DNA of 60,316 bases from a virus (Duplodnaviria; Caudoviricetes). The stretch's first letter is position 1. Every line of letters starts with the position of its first letter. The DNA lies in the IMG/VR virus record IMGVR_UViG_3300047551_002696, positions 1 through 60,316 of that record; one strand, 5' to 3'. Positions 9,228 through 18,772 of the stretch are shown here, in pieces. Both the position numbers and the translations under genes were made by a program. The notes under the pieces were generated by a model. That model was not told the origin of the DNA, did not search any database, and worked only from the letters and a program-made list of their open reading frames with translations.

Positions 9228-12200
9228 TGGCAAAGTTAGTTTCTCCATTAACTGGTACTTTACAGTCCCTTAAGAGGCAGTTTATTGACAAGGAGAAACT
9301 GCTTAAGTCATCTCTTAATGTTCAACAAAAAAGAATTTCTGCAAAAAGAAGTAATGCTGAAAGGGAAAGATTTATTAATTATGAAAATCTTTTAGAAAGA
9401 ACATTAAGTAGTGTAGGAAAACCAATCAAGAAAGTAACTAAAAAATTGGGATTTCTTGATTCTCTAAAAACTTTCATAACAAATGTTTTACTCGGATTTA
9501 TTGCACTAAGGTTATCAAATTATCTCCCCCAACTTCTTCAGGTTGGGACATTTATTTTTAAAATAGGAAATTCTATTATTGAACTTGGTGGATCAATATT
9601 AAATGGATTAATCACATTTGTTGACTATGGTTATAAAGCATATAGTCATGCAAAAGACATAGTTGGAAAAATTGGTGGTGAAAAGGCAATACAATCTTTA
9701 GAGAAAGCGACTGGTGAAAGCACCAAAGTCATGAATCAAATTTTGATTGCTTCTATGATATTCAGTGACTTCAATATATTTGAGGGTCTGTTCAGCGGAA
9801 GTAAGGTTTATACTAACACTGCAAAAACAATTACACAGACTGTAGAAACTGAGGTAGCAGCAACTGCTGCTGAGAGAGTTCAGAATGTTGCTTCAGCACA
9901 GGCACTAGGTCCTCTTGCTTCTGGTGGAATTGTTGCTGGTGCTGGACTGCTTCTTTCTGCGGCTGGAGAAGGTATATTTCAAATTGCAAAATGGACAAAG
10001 GGACTAAAATCTTTTTCGGGTCCAGCGTCTTCACTTTTTAGCGTTCCGTTGGCATTCTTGGAGGGTGCTGGAACAGTCTTTGATATTTTAGGTGCTCCAT
10101 TTAGGTATGGAATTGAATTGGTGCGTGGCGCATTTCTGAAGTTATCTGGTAATAAGAAAGGATTGGATGAGCAATTCACTAATCTTGGAAAGTTTGATGC
10201 AAGGGTTAGAGAAAACTTAAGAAGATTCTCTGGAATATTTTCCCCTTTATTTGATTTCTTTGGTAGAAAGGATATTGCTTCAAATTTACAAAGCCCAGGA
10301 TCATTTGGAAGTTTTTATGGGAAAAAGGCAGTCAAAGATATGGGTTATTATGGTGGTGGAAAAGTTATTAAAGTAAGAAAGTATGCATCTGGTGGATTTC
10401 TTGGGATGTTGGGTGGAATAGGTAGTAGTCTTGGTGGTATATTTGGATTTGGTGGGGGTGATACAAAACAGCAGCAGAAAGAAAAAAAGAAAGTTGATAT
10501 TCCCAGAAAGCAAATTTCCAAACCAAAAAATCCAAAAGTTGGCGGATCTACTGGAGGAGAAACTGGATTTGCAAAAGTTTTTCCTGGAGCATCTGATTTA
10601 TTGACGATGAATAGAAGATCTTACATGACAAATTCTTACAATATTATTTCCGATATAAACTATCTTGGTCCTGTAATGTCTCTTACATCTAAAGCATTAC
10701 TTGGTGATCAAGTTAGTAAGTTTGACTACGATAGTGCTGCAGAAAGTTTATCTGACTTTATGTTGACTGGATTAGCAAATAGAAATCCTACTGCGTATCA
10801 AAAACTTATATCTGTAATTCAATTGAATGATCTTTCTAGAAATGTATCAAGATTTTTAATGAATTCTATGAGTGGTCAATTTGGAACTATGCTTGGATTA
10901 TTGAGAAATGAAATTGGATTGGACCCTGTTCCGATGGAAGGGGGACCAAATCCAGCTGCTGCTGATGATGAGTGTGCTTGTCCAGATCCAAATGAGCAAT
11001 TTGTAACATCTGGTAATGCATTTGAAAAGGCTTTATTGGAAACAATATCTGCAGTTGAGGGGACTGCAGGACCTGATGGATATAGAACAATGTTTGGTGG
11101 TGGTAAATTTCAGGCACCACCTTGGAAACATCCAGATACTGTTGTTCGTTCTGGTGGATATGCATCAGCAGCTGCTGGTAAATATCAGTTCATGCCAGGA
11201 ACGTGGGCAAATGCTGCAAAAGCACTAGGTCTCTCAGATTTTTCTCCTGCCAATCAAGATAAAGCTGCTTTATGGTTGGTAAAAAATCGTGGTGTTAATC
11301 CTTCAGCACAACTTACTGTATCTGATTTTGAAATTTTGGGAAAAGAGTGGGCGGGTCTATCACCATATTACGGGCAAACAAAAAGAACTGCTGGCGAAAG
11401 CTATAGGATTTATACAGAAAAACTTAAGCACTTGGGGGCATCTCCTTCTACTGCAAAAATTTCTCCAGGTTCTCCAGCATCTAATGTTGATCCTTGTGTT
11501 TGTGATCCAGAGACACCTGACGGAGATCCTGGTAGTGTTTCATTGGGTGGAGGAATAACAGGAGTTGGTAATGTTAGATTTGTAAGTCCTGGAACTTTTA
11601 TTCAAGGAATGACTGGAAGATCAACTGGTCCTCACTTTCACATTGGACCATTAGAACTTTATGATCCAGAAGGTGATAGGTGGTTAAATGGGAAGACGAA
11701 TCAAGGATTGGTTGAAGCACAAAATGCTGCATTTTTAGTATCTAAAGCATTGTTGAAAGCAAATACTCCACACTTATTTTCCAATGCTAATATTTGGGTA
11801 AATCCAAAATCACCACCTGATGATGCTACCTTAAAAAAATATGTCGCTCAAGAACAAAGAGCACACATGGGCAGATCTATGGGAAGTTCATTTGGTGGTC
11901 TTGATATTGCAGGATCAAATGGTATACGTTTACCTCTTGCTGTTGGTAATGTTGTTTCTAGTATTCATGGATTTGGAAATTCTGCAAGAATATTGGGAAC
12001 TAAAGCATTTGTTGGACATGGAGCTCCTGGATCTACTGCAAGTAGAGAATCTGGTGGTCCAACTCTAATGGGTGGTATGAGATTATTGCACAAGGGAGAA
12101 TACGTAATTGATAAAGATTCTGTTGATTTATATGGTGGAGATAACTTTTTTAGAATGATCAATGGTATTGAAAATGAAAATCAAAGAAAAGAAAAATCTT

Positions 12201-12391
12201 CATCCCTAATACAACATCTTAGTAAATACACCGGTAGAAAAATAGATCAAAGACCTGTTATGGTGGTTGATGATGAAGAGGATATTTTAATTCCATCACC
12301 ACCAATTTATATTCCCATGAGCTCTTCTGCATTTGGTGGCGGGGGAAGCGATGTTAATGTTGAGCAAGACAGATTAGAACTGAGGGCATAA
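9227..12391 (+). CDS. large virion protein with lambda-R-like (GH104) lysozyme and M23-like peptidase domains
   Basis: ALLETISAVEGT...Y..MFGG..F..HP...SAAAGKYQF..TW...DFSP.NQDKAA...EWA.L is a lambda-lysozyme-type pattern; TGRSTGPHFH is an M23 motif. Confidence 0.75.
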   Translation: MAKLVSPLTGTLQSLKRQFIDKEKLLKSSLNVQQKRISAKRSNAERERFINYENLLERTLSSVGKPIKKVTKKLGFLDSLKTFITNVLLGFIALRLSNYLPQLLQVGTFIFKIGNSIIELGGSILNGLITFVDYGYKAYSHAKDIVGKIGGEKAIQSLEKATGESTKVMNQILIASMIFSDFNIFEGLFSGSKVYTNTAKTITQTVETEVAATAAERVQNVASAQALGPLASGGIVAGAGLLLSAAGEGIFQIAKWTKGLKSFSGPASSLFSVPLAFLEGAGTVFDILGAPFRYGIELVRGAFLKLSGNKKGLDEQFTNLGKFDARVRENLRRFSGIFSPLFDFFGRKDIASNLQSPGSFGSFYGKKAVKDMGYYGGGKVIKVRKYASGGFLGMLGGIGSSLGGIFGFGGGDTKQQQKEKKKVDIPRKQISKPKNPKVGGSTGGETGFAKVFPGASDLLTMNRRSYMTNSYNIISDINYLGPVMSLTSKALLGDQVSKFDYDSAAESLSDFMLTGLANRNPTAYQKLISVIQLNDLSRNVSRFLMNSMSGQFGTMLGLLRNEIGLDPVPMEGGPNPAAADDECACPDPNEQFVTSGNAFEKALLETISAVEGTAGPDGYRTMFGGGKFQAPPWKHPDTVVRSGGYASAAAGKYQFMPGTWANAAKALGLSDFSPANQDKAALWLVKNRGVNPSAQLTVSDFEILGKEWAGLSPYYGQTKRTAGESYRIYTEKLKHLGASPSTAKISPGSPASNVDPCVCDPETPDGDPGSVSLGGGITGVGNVRFVSPGTFIQGMTGRSTGPHFHIGPLELYDPEGDRWLNGKTNQGLVEAQNAAFLVSKALLKANTPHLFSNANIWVNPKSPPDDATLKKYVAQEQRAHMGRSMGSSFGGLDIAGSNGIRLPLAVGNVVSSIHGFGNSARILGTKAFVGHGAPGSTASRESGGPTLMGGMRLLHKGEYVIDKDSVDLYGGDNFFRMINGIENENQRKEKSSSLIQHLSKYTGRKIDQRPVMVVDDEEDILIPSPPIYIPMSSSAFGGGGSDVNVEQDRLELRA

Positions 12392-12392
12392 A

Positions 12393-15300
12393 ATGGCATA
12401 TCTCAAGTTAAAGAATCCTACTGCCTTTATTATTCAGAAACAAGTTGTTCGTGTAGAAAAACTTGTAGGGCAGAAGAACAAATATAAAGATATTGCTTTT
12501 AAAAGTAAAATAAAGTTACTAGAAAGAAATCGTAGAGACGAAGTAGAAAAAAGATATGAAGATCGCACAAATGAAAAAGAGAGGTCTGTAGCAAATAAAA
12601 TACGTGTTCCAAGACTTGGTTTTCTGGATTCTGTAAAGAACTTTTTATTCTCAGTTTTATTTGGAGCATTAACTCTTAAATTAATACCACATCTTCCAAA
12701 ATTAAAAGGTCTTGTAATTACTGGATTTAAGATTGGTAATTTTGCGGTTGAGTTTGCTGGAACAATTCTCAATGCAATGGTAACTTTTGTTGATAAGGTT
12801 TATGGAATTATTGATTTTGGAAAAGAACAATACAAACTTTTATATGGCGACAAAGGGATTGCTGCTTATGAATCTGCTTTGGGGATGACGAATAAGACAT
12901 TAAACTTAATGCTTATTTCTGGTATGCTTTTTTCTGATTTAATATCATTGAAAGCACAGACTGATTTAAATCAAGATGCACTTGGAAAAGTCGGAGAAGA
13001 AGTTTCTAAACAAGTAACGAAAAGAAGAGGTGCTAGAGCGGCTCTTCAAGCAGCAGCAAGTAGACTTGGTAATGTTGCAAGAGTTGGCGCTCCGATTATG
13101 CTTGTTGGAACTGCTGCCTCACTGTTAGGAGAACTCACTTTTCAACAAAGAAAGTTTACTCAGAATCTCCAAAATGAACTTCAGAAGAAACTTGATGATG
13201 CGACGAATGATAAAAATTTTATTACTAGGGGATTAAAGTTACTTGCATATTATACTGCTATTCCTGGTCTTAGAATTTATAACTTTATTTCAAATGCTGT
13301 TGGTAGTTTACTTGATATAATTGGTGCTCCATTTAGGTACTTAGGTGAACTGATTAATTTTGGTATCATGTCCTTAAGTGGTGATGCTACTGGAATTAGA
13401 TCTCAAAGAGAGAATCTTGCAAAGTTTGATGCAAGAGTTCGTGAACAAGTGCGCCAAATACTAAACACATTTAGTTTAGGATTACTTGCAAAAGAAAAGG
13501 GATCGTGGGGAAATATTTACGGTGATGCGTCTGCTCAAAGGCAGATGATGAATAGGATGTATGGGGGTGGTGAGGTTAAAGTTAAAAAATATGCACAAGG
13601 TGGAACAATTACCAGGGGTGGTGAAGTAGTTGGTGGTGCAATTGGTAGATCTCAGGTAAAGAAAACAGTTTCAAGAACTTTTGAAATACCAATTTCCCCA
13701 CTATCTCCAGGTCAAGATTCGAATGGTCAAGTTCTATACACAAATCCTCTAACTGGACAACAAACCAAAAAGACAAATATACAAACATTTTTTCCAAATC
13801 CAGAGTCACCAAACTATGTAAATCCATATCGTTATTTGACTAAGGCATATACTATTGCATCATCTGGGGCGTTCTTAAAACCATTCTTGCAAATGCCAAT
13901 TAAATTAATTATGGGTGATGGTCCTTCTGAGGCAGACTATAATTCTCTTGCTGCTGCAGTTAATAACTTATTCAACTCCATTTTGGGAAGTACATTTATT
14001 CCCAATAGTAAAAGATCTCTATCAGACTTAACTGGACCAGTTGATATTTTTGGGTGGGCAAGATCTTATATTAAAGAAGGTATGATCGGTTCTTCCAATT
14101 ATCTTATGGATGAATTGCAAAGACAATTTTCTTTATTATCTGGAATGAGCAGTGGAGAGAAATCTAAACCAAGAGAAGGGCAAACTGGACAAGAAAATCC
14201 ACTTACTGAAATAGGTGGAGAAGCACAATTTGTAATTGGTGATAGTATTGCTCGTGGATTTGCTGGGTTGGGTGCTACACCAGGAACTGATTCTGATGAT
14301 AGTAAAGTTGGTAGATCTGCTCAGAAAGTTCTTGAGATTTTAAGAGCAAAGGGTGAATCTCTCCGGGGTGCATTAATTGATTTATCAACTGGCATTGCTA
14401 ACTCTAAGGATGATTGGAAATCTGTGGAGGCACAGCTTTCATATTTAAAATCTCTTGGTGCAAGAGTTAGAGTTCTTGGAGTTGGTAATCAGTGGAGTGC
14501 TAAGAATGGAAACGTGAATCAAAAATTAGGGGAAATGGTTAAAAGATATGGATTTTATTTTTATGGAGGATATGATGCTAGTGGTGATACTCAACTTGGT
14601 CTTCATGCTGATAGTGGAACTTATCAAAAATTAAAAACAAAAAGAGATGCCGAAATGGCAGCCTCAGCATCTACTCAAATGTCAACAGAACCAACTGCAA
14701 TTGGATCTGTAAAATTAACACCACTTCAAAGACAAGCATTAGCAATCCTTTCTAAATATGAGTCTGCTAGTGCTGGTGGATACAATGCTGTAAATCAGAT
14801 AGGTATTGCTGGTGGATATGGAGTGCTTGGATACAGTGGAGATTTTCGTAAAATGAAACAGCATGGTGGAAGATCATTGACAGATATGACTATTGCTGAA
14901 ATTATGAGTTTACAGAGAGATATTCCTGGAATGTCTAATGCTGAGTGGATAAGACTCGGAAGATTACATGCTGTTGGACGTTATCAATTTATTGGAAATA
15001 CTTTACCTGGTGTTGTTGCTAGAGCAAATATATCAACAAATACAAAGTTTAGTCCAGAAGTTCAAGACATTCTTGCTGTTCAATATTTGAAAGAGGCAGG
15101 TATTGGTGCATGGAAAGGACCTGCTCGTTATGCAACTGCAGCAGAAAGAGATATTGTGCAAAGATCTAGGAAAGATCCAATTCCCGCAGCATTGCATGGT
15201 GGGTATGTTGATAAAACACAAATGGTGTTAACACATCCAGATGAATATGTTATTGATTCGGATTCTGTAAAATTATTTGGAATTAAGTTTTATGACATAA

Positions 15301-15539
15301 TTAATCAAACTGAAAACGTGAGTCAGAGAAAAAATGCTTCTGAAAGCCTAATTTCTATTCTAAGTAAATATACAGAAGATGGTTTTCTAGAAACTGAAGA
15401 TCTTTATACATATGAATTACCAGAATCTCAGCAAGTATCTCTAATTCCTCCACAGATTATTCCGATTGGTTCTGGTTTTGGTGGGGGTTTTTCTGATGGA
15501 GATCAAGATTATTCTCAAGATCCAACCGAACTCAGGTAA
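12393..15539 (+). CDS. large virion protein (paralog of 9227-12391) with SGNH-like and lysozyme-like domains
   Basis: Shares GFLDS.K.F, DI.GAPFRY, NL.KFDARVRE and EYVID.DSV with the upstream gene; has VIGDSIARG (GDSL block I) and KYES..GGYNAVN...AVGRYQFI..TL...FSPEVQD. Confidence 0.7.
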   Translation: MAYLKLKNPTAFIIQKQVVRVEKLVGQKNKYKDIAFKSKIKLLERNRRDEVEKRYEDRTNEKERSVANKIRVPRLGFLDSVKNFLFSVLFGALTLKLIPHLPKLKGLVITGFKIGNFAVEFAGTILNAMVTFVDKVYGIIDFGKEQYKLLYGDKGIAAYESALGMTNKTLNLMLISGMLFSDLISLKAQTDLNQDALGKVGEEVSKQVTKRRGARAALQAAASRLGNVARVGAPIMLVGTAASLLGELTFQQRKFTQNLQNELQKKLDDATNDKNFITRGLKLLAYYTAIPGLRIYNFISNAVGSLLDIIGAPFRYLGELINFGIMSLSGDATGIRSQRENLAKFDARVREQVRQILNTFSLGLLAKEKGSWGNIYGDASAQRQMMNRMYGGGEVKVKKYAQGGTITRGGEVVGGAIGRSQVKKTVSRTFEIPISPLSPGQDSNGQVLYTNPLTGQQTKKTNIQTFFPNPESPNYVNPYRYLTKAYTIASSGAFLKPFLQMPIKLIMGDGPSEADYNSLAAAVNNLFNSILGSTFIPNSKRSLSDLTGPVDIFGWARSYIKEGMIGSSNYLMDELQRQFSLLSGMSSGEKSKPREGQTGQENPLTEIGGEAQFVIGDSIARGFAGLGATPGTDSDDSKVGRSAQKVLEILRAKGESLRGALIDLSTGIANSKDDWKSVEAQLSYLKSLGARVRVLGVGNQWSAKNGNVNQKLGEMVKRYGFYFYGGYDASGDTQLGLHADSGTYQKLKTKRDAEMAASASTQMSTEPTAIGSVKLTPLQRQALAILSKYESASAGGYNAVNQIGIAGGYGVLGYSGDFRKMKQHGGRSLTDMTIAEIMSLQRDIPGMSNAEWIRLGRLHAVGRYQFIGNTLPGVVARANISTNTKFSPEVQDILAVQYLKEAGIGAWKGPARYATAAERDIVQRSRKDPIPAALHGGYVDKTQMVLTHPDEYVIDSDSVKLFGIKFYDIINQTENVSQRKNASESLISILSKYTEDGFLETEDLYTYELPESQQVSLIPPQIIPIGSGFGGGFSDGDQDYSQDPTELR

Positions 15540-15564
15540 ATAGTAATAAGGAAAAAACTAAGAA

Positions 15565-16941
15565 ATGACTAATACACCAATTACTTCTGCTCAGGCTAAA
15601 GAATTTGACATCAAAAAATGTGTAGTGTTTTCTAATGATGAAAAAACCCAGGCAGATATAGCATCTCTGATTACTGATTTGTATTACTATGAAAGTGTAT
15701 TGAGTCCTACTTTAAAAGTTGATATTATGTTTTCTGATACTGGGACTGTTAAAAAGGATGGTGACTTGAAGACAGTTTTGGATGCTTTACAATTAGTTGG
15801 CACTGAAAAGGTAGAATTGAAAATTTCAGATCCAAAAGATAAGGAAATATCAGTGACCTTATATTCTGATAATGTTGTTCCCGTATCAAGAGAAGCAAGA
15901 AAAACTTTGGTTTCAATTCCTTTAGTTTCAAAGGAAGGGATATTTAATTACAAAACAAGAGTAAACTATAGAATGGATGGAAAAATATCAGATCATATTA
16001 AAAGAGTCATGACTGAGACTTTAAAAGTTGGTTCTGATAAAAAGTTGGATATAGAAGATACTCTTAACAATCTAAATTATTCAGGTGTCAATAAAAGACC
16101 ATTTCCAGTAATTCTTGAATTAGCAAAGAAGGCGGCTCCAGTAACAAGTTCTCCTGGAAACACTGCTGGATTTTTCTTTTTTGAAACTTCTGAAGGATAT
16201 AAATTTAAATCTGTTGAATATCTACTATCTAAGAACGAACCTTCGGGTGGACCTAAAACATATAAAAGTTTAATTTATAATGATACTCCAGATGGAAGAG
16301 GATCTACCGTTCCTCCAGAGTACAGTGGAAAAATATTAAATTATAATATAGACACTTCTGCGGGGAGTGTTCAATCAAAGTTATCAATTGGAACTTATTC
16401 GACAAGAACAGTTCTTTTTGATCCTTTTAATTGTTATTATGAGGTTGTAAATCCAAACACTCAAGGTAATACGCAGGCTAAAGAAGAGAGTCTGCAAAAG
16501 GCAGCTAAAAATCTTCCCAAATATAATAAAGAATTTTCTTCTGGAGGAGATGCAAATGACTTTTCTAGAACTCAATATATGTTAATTGATACTGGAACTT
16601 TACCAACAGGAGATACCAAAGGGCAAATTAAACAATCAAAAGAAAAAAACTTTGACCCTAAAAATATTTTGAACCAATCTGTAATGAGATACAATCAGTT
16701 CTTCTCTTCTTCTGTTGAAGTAACCCTTACTGGTGACTTTAGTTTACATGCTGGAGATTATGTATTTGTCGACACTCCAGAAGTCTCTACAAAAGATACA
16801 AAACCAATGGACCAACAATTTGGAGGATTCTATGTAATTGCACACTTATGTCATTATATAAGTCCAAGAACAGGTGGTTATACAACATTAACGTTATGTA
16901 GAGATTCTCTTGGTAGACAAGGATCACCAATATCACGCTAA
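15565..16941 (+). CDS. baseplate hub protein (gp27-like)
   Basis: YYESVLSP, AGFFFFETSEGYKFKS, V...GDFSLHAGD, GGFYVIA.L.H, T.LTL.RDS; upstream of gp5. Confidence 0.65.
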   Translation: MTNTPITSAQAKEFDIKKCVVFSNDEKTQADIASLITDLYYYESVLSPTLKVDIMFSDTGTVKKDGDLKTVLDALQLVGTEKVELKISDPKDKEISVTLYSDNVVPVSREARKTLVSIPLVSKEGIFNYKTRVNYRMDGKISDHIKRVMTETLKVGSDKKLDIEDTLNNLNYSGVNKRPFPVILELAKKAAPVTSSPGNTAGFFFFETSEGYKFKSVEYLLSKNEPSGGPKTYKSLIYNDTPDGRGSTVPPEYSGKILNYNIDTSAGSVQSKLSIGTYSTRTVLFDPFNCYYEVVNPNTQGNTQAKEESLQKAAKNLPKYNKEFSSGGDANDFSRTQYMLIDTGTLPTGDTKGQIKQSKEKNFDPKNILNQSVMRYNQFFSSSVEVTLTGDFSLHAGDYVFVDTPEVSTKDTKPMDQQFGGFYVIAHLCHYISPRTGGYTTLTLCRDSLGRQGSPISR

Positions 16942-16968
16942 ATAATTAGAACTATTATACGCAATGCT

Positions 16969-17181
16969 ATGGAAAGCGTAGAAAAGCACATTGAGCAAGA
17001 TAAAAAAATATTGGATGATCCAATGGTTTCTGCTCAAGCAAGAAGACATACTGAGCAAGAACTGGAATCACTTGAAAGGTGGGTTGAATCTCATCCAAAT
17101 GATCATCATGATCCAAGTAGCCTTGAACTATATTGTAATGATAATCCAGACGCTCTTGAATGTAGGATGTATGACGACTGA
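16969..17181 (+). CDS. cp12: CP12 Calvin-cycle inhibitor (auxiliary metabolic gene)
   Basis: 70 aa; HIEQDK.IL..P..S...RRH...EL..LE and C-terminal LELYCNDNPDALECRMYDD Cys pair typical of picocyanobacterial/phage CP12. Confidence 0.92.
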   Translation: MESVEKHIEQDKKILDDPMVSAQARRHTEQELESLERWVESHPNDHHDPSSLELYCNDNPDALECRMYDD

Positions 17182-18728
17182 TGAGTGAAGGTACGTTATT
17201 TAATCCGGGATTTTTAGGAGAATCTTTTAACTGGTGGATTGGTCAGATTGCTGACGATTCAACCTGGAGGGACAATATTGTTCCTGGAAAGTATGCAAAT
17301 AAAAATGACACTCCTGGATGGGGAAGACGTTATAAAGTAAGAATCATTGGTCTTCATGATCAGGGTGAAGAAACTATAGCATCCGACCAACTTCCATGGG
17401 CACAGGTAATGTATCCTGTGACTGCTGGTGGTGGTCAGACAAACTCTGCACAAACTCCAAATTTACGACAAGGTAATTTTGTATTTGGATTTTTTCTTGA
17501 TGGGCAGGAGCAACAAGTTCCTGTTATCATGGGTGTGCTTGGAAACAATGCACAGACTGAACTTGAAAGAAAAACAGGATTTAGTGGGGGTAAAAATTTT
17601 ACTCCTCAGAGTGGATATGCTAATTCCAAGGACCCAAAAACTGGAACTGCAAAAGAGAAAGCTCCTGATGAGGGATTAGTAACTGTTCAGGGGAAAACAC
17701 CAACAAAAGAAAATCCAGATGCTGTTCATCAAACAAGTGCTGGTGATGTAAAAAGAGAAGATAAACTTCAAGAAAAAATACCTCTACTTAAACCAGATGA
17801 TACTGTCGGATCTGCTATGAAAGCAATACAGACAGTTCTAGATAATGTTATTCAAAAAATTAACAAGTACTTGAATGCTATTACAAGTTATGTTGATAGG
17901 GTTTCAAATACTATTTCTGATTTGCAAAAATTAATTTCAGATGCTGCATGTGTAATTGCAAAGTATATGAAAATAATTTTTGATAAGATTATGGAATATG
18001 TACTTAAACTTTTAAATAAAACATTAACAAAAGTTGTATCGGCAATTCCATCTAGTTTTAGATATATGTTTGGTGATATGAAAGAAGTTATAACAGAACT
18101 AATATTATGTTTATACAATAAAATTACACAAAATCTTTGTGGTTTGATGCAGGGAATGCTCGATAAAATCTTTAAACCAAAGGAACTACAAAAAAGAGGA
18201 AGTGAACCTAATGTAAGTTCTTGCTCATCAGTACCAAAAGTACCTATGTGTTCTGCTGAGGATATAGTTGGTAGAGCAATATCTTATAATAAAACTCAAA
18301 TAGATGATGCTAACAATGCAATTCTTAAAAATGTCAATGCATTTTTAGAAGATATTCAAAACCAAATTGCTGGAGTGAGTGGATCACTTTCCGATATTAC
18401 TTCTTTAGTTGGAAACATTAGTGGAAGTTTAACATCTGCACTTTCTTTTTCAAACTTAACTTTGAATGTTTTTGGATGTGAATTAAAACCAAACGTCGCT
18501 GTTTCTGATTTTTATACTTTTGCTAGAGGTGGTGCTGCTGCTCCAGATTCGCAGCAACCAAGCAATAAGTCTATTGATGAGTCTGCGGCAAAACCTGCAG
18601 ATGCTTCTCCATCTTCTGAGACTCCTTATGTTGAACCTTCGAAAGCAACAAAGGATTTAGATATTGGTGAATCTAATGCGGAAACTAGAGCAGCTGCTGC
18701 TCAAGAAAGGGATTTGCAAATTTTCTAA
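17181..18728 (+). CDS. gp5: baseplate hub/spike protein gp5, N-terminal OB-fold portion
   Basis: WWIGQI, RYKVRIIGLH....LPWAQV, VFGFFLDG...Q.PVIMG are gp5/VgrG OB-fold motifs; no lysozyme domain visible. Confidence 0.82.
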   Translation: MSEGTLFNPGFLGESFNWWIGQIADDSTWRDNIVPGKYANKNDTPGWGRRYKVRIIGLHDQGEETIASDQLPWAQVMYPVTAGGGQTNSAQTPNLRQGNFVFGFFLDGQEQQVPVIMGVLGNNAQTELERKTGFSGGKNFTPQSGYANSKDPKTGTAKEKAPDEGLVTVQGKTPTKENPDAVHQTSAGDVKREDKLQEKIPLLKPDDTVGSAMKAIQTVLDNVIQKINKYLNAITSYVDRVSNTISDLQKLISDAACVIAKYMKIIFDKIMEYVLKLLNKTLTKVVSAIPSSFRYMFGDMKEVITELILCLYNKITQNLCGLMQGMLDKIFKPKELQKRGSEPNVSSCSSVPKVPMCSAEDIVGRAISYNKTQIDDANNAILKNVNAFLEDIQNQIAGVSGSLSDITSLVGNISGSLTSALSFSNLTLNVFGCELKPNVAVSDFYTFARGGAAAPDSQQPSNKSIDESAAKPADASPSSETPYVEPSKATKDLDIGESNAETRAAAAQERDLQIF

Positions 18729-18772
18729 TAAATATTACTATGAGAAAAGAGGTTAAAAAAATATAAAAGCAT

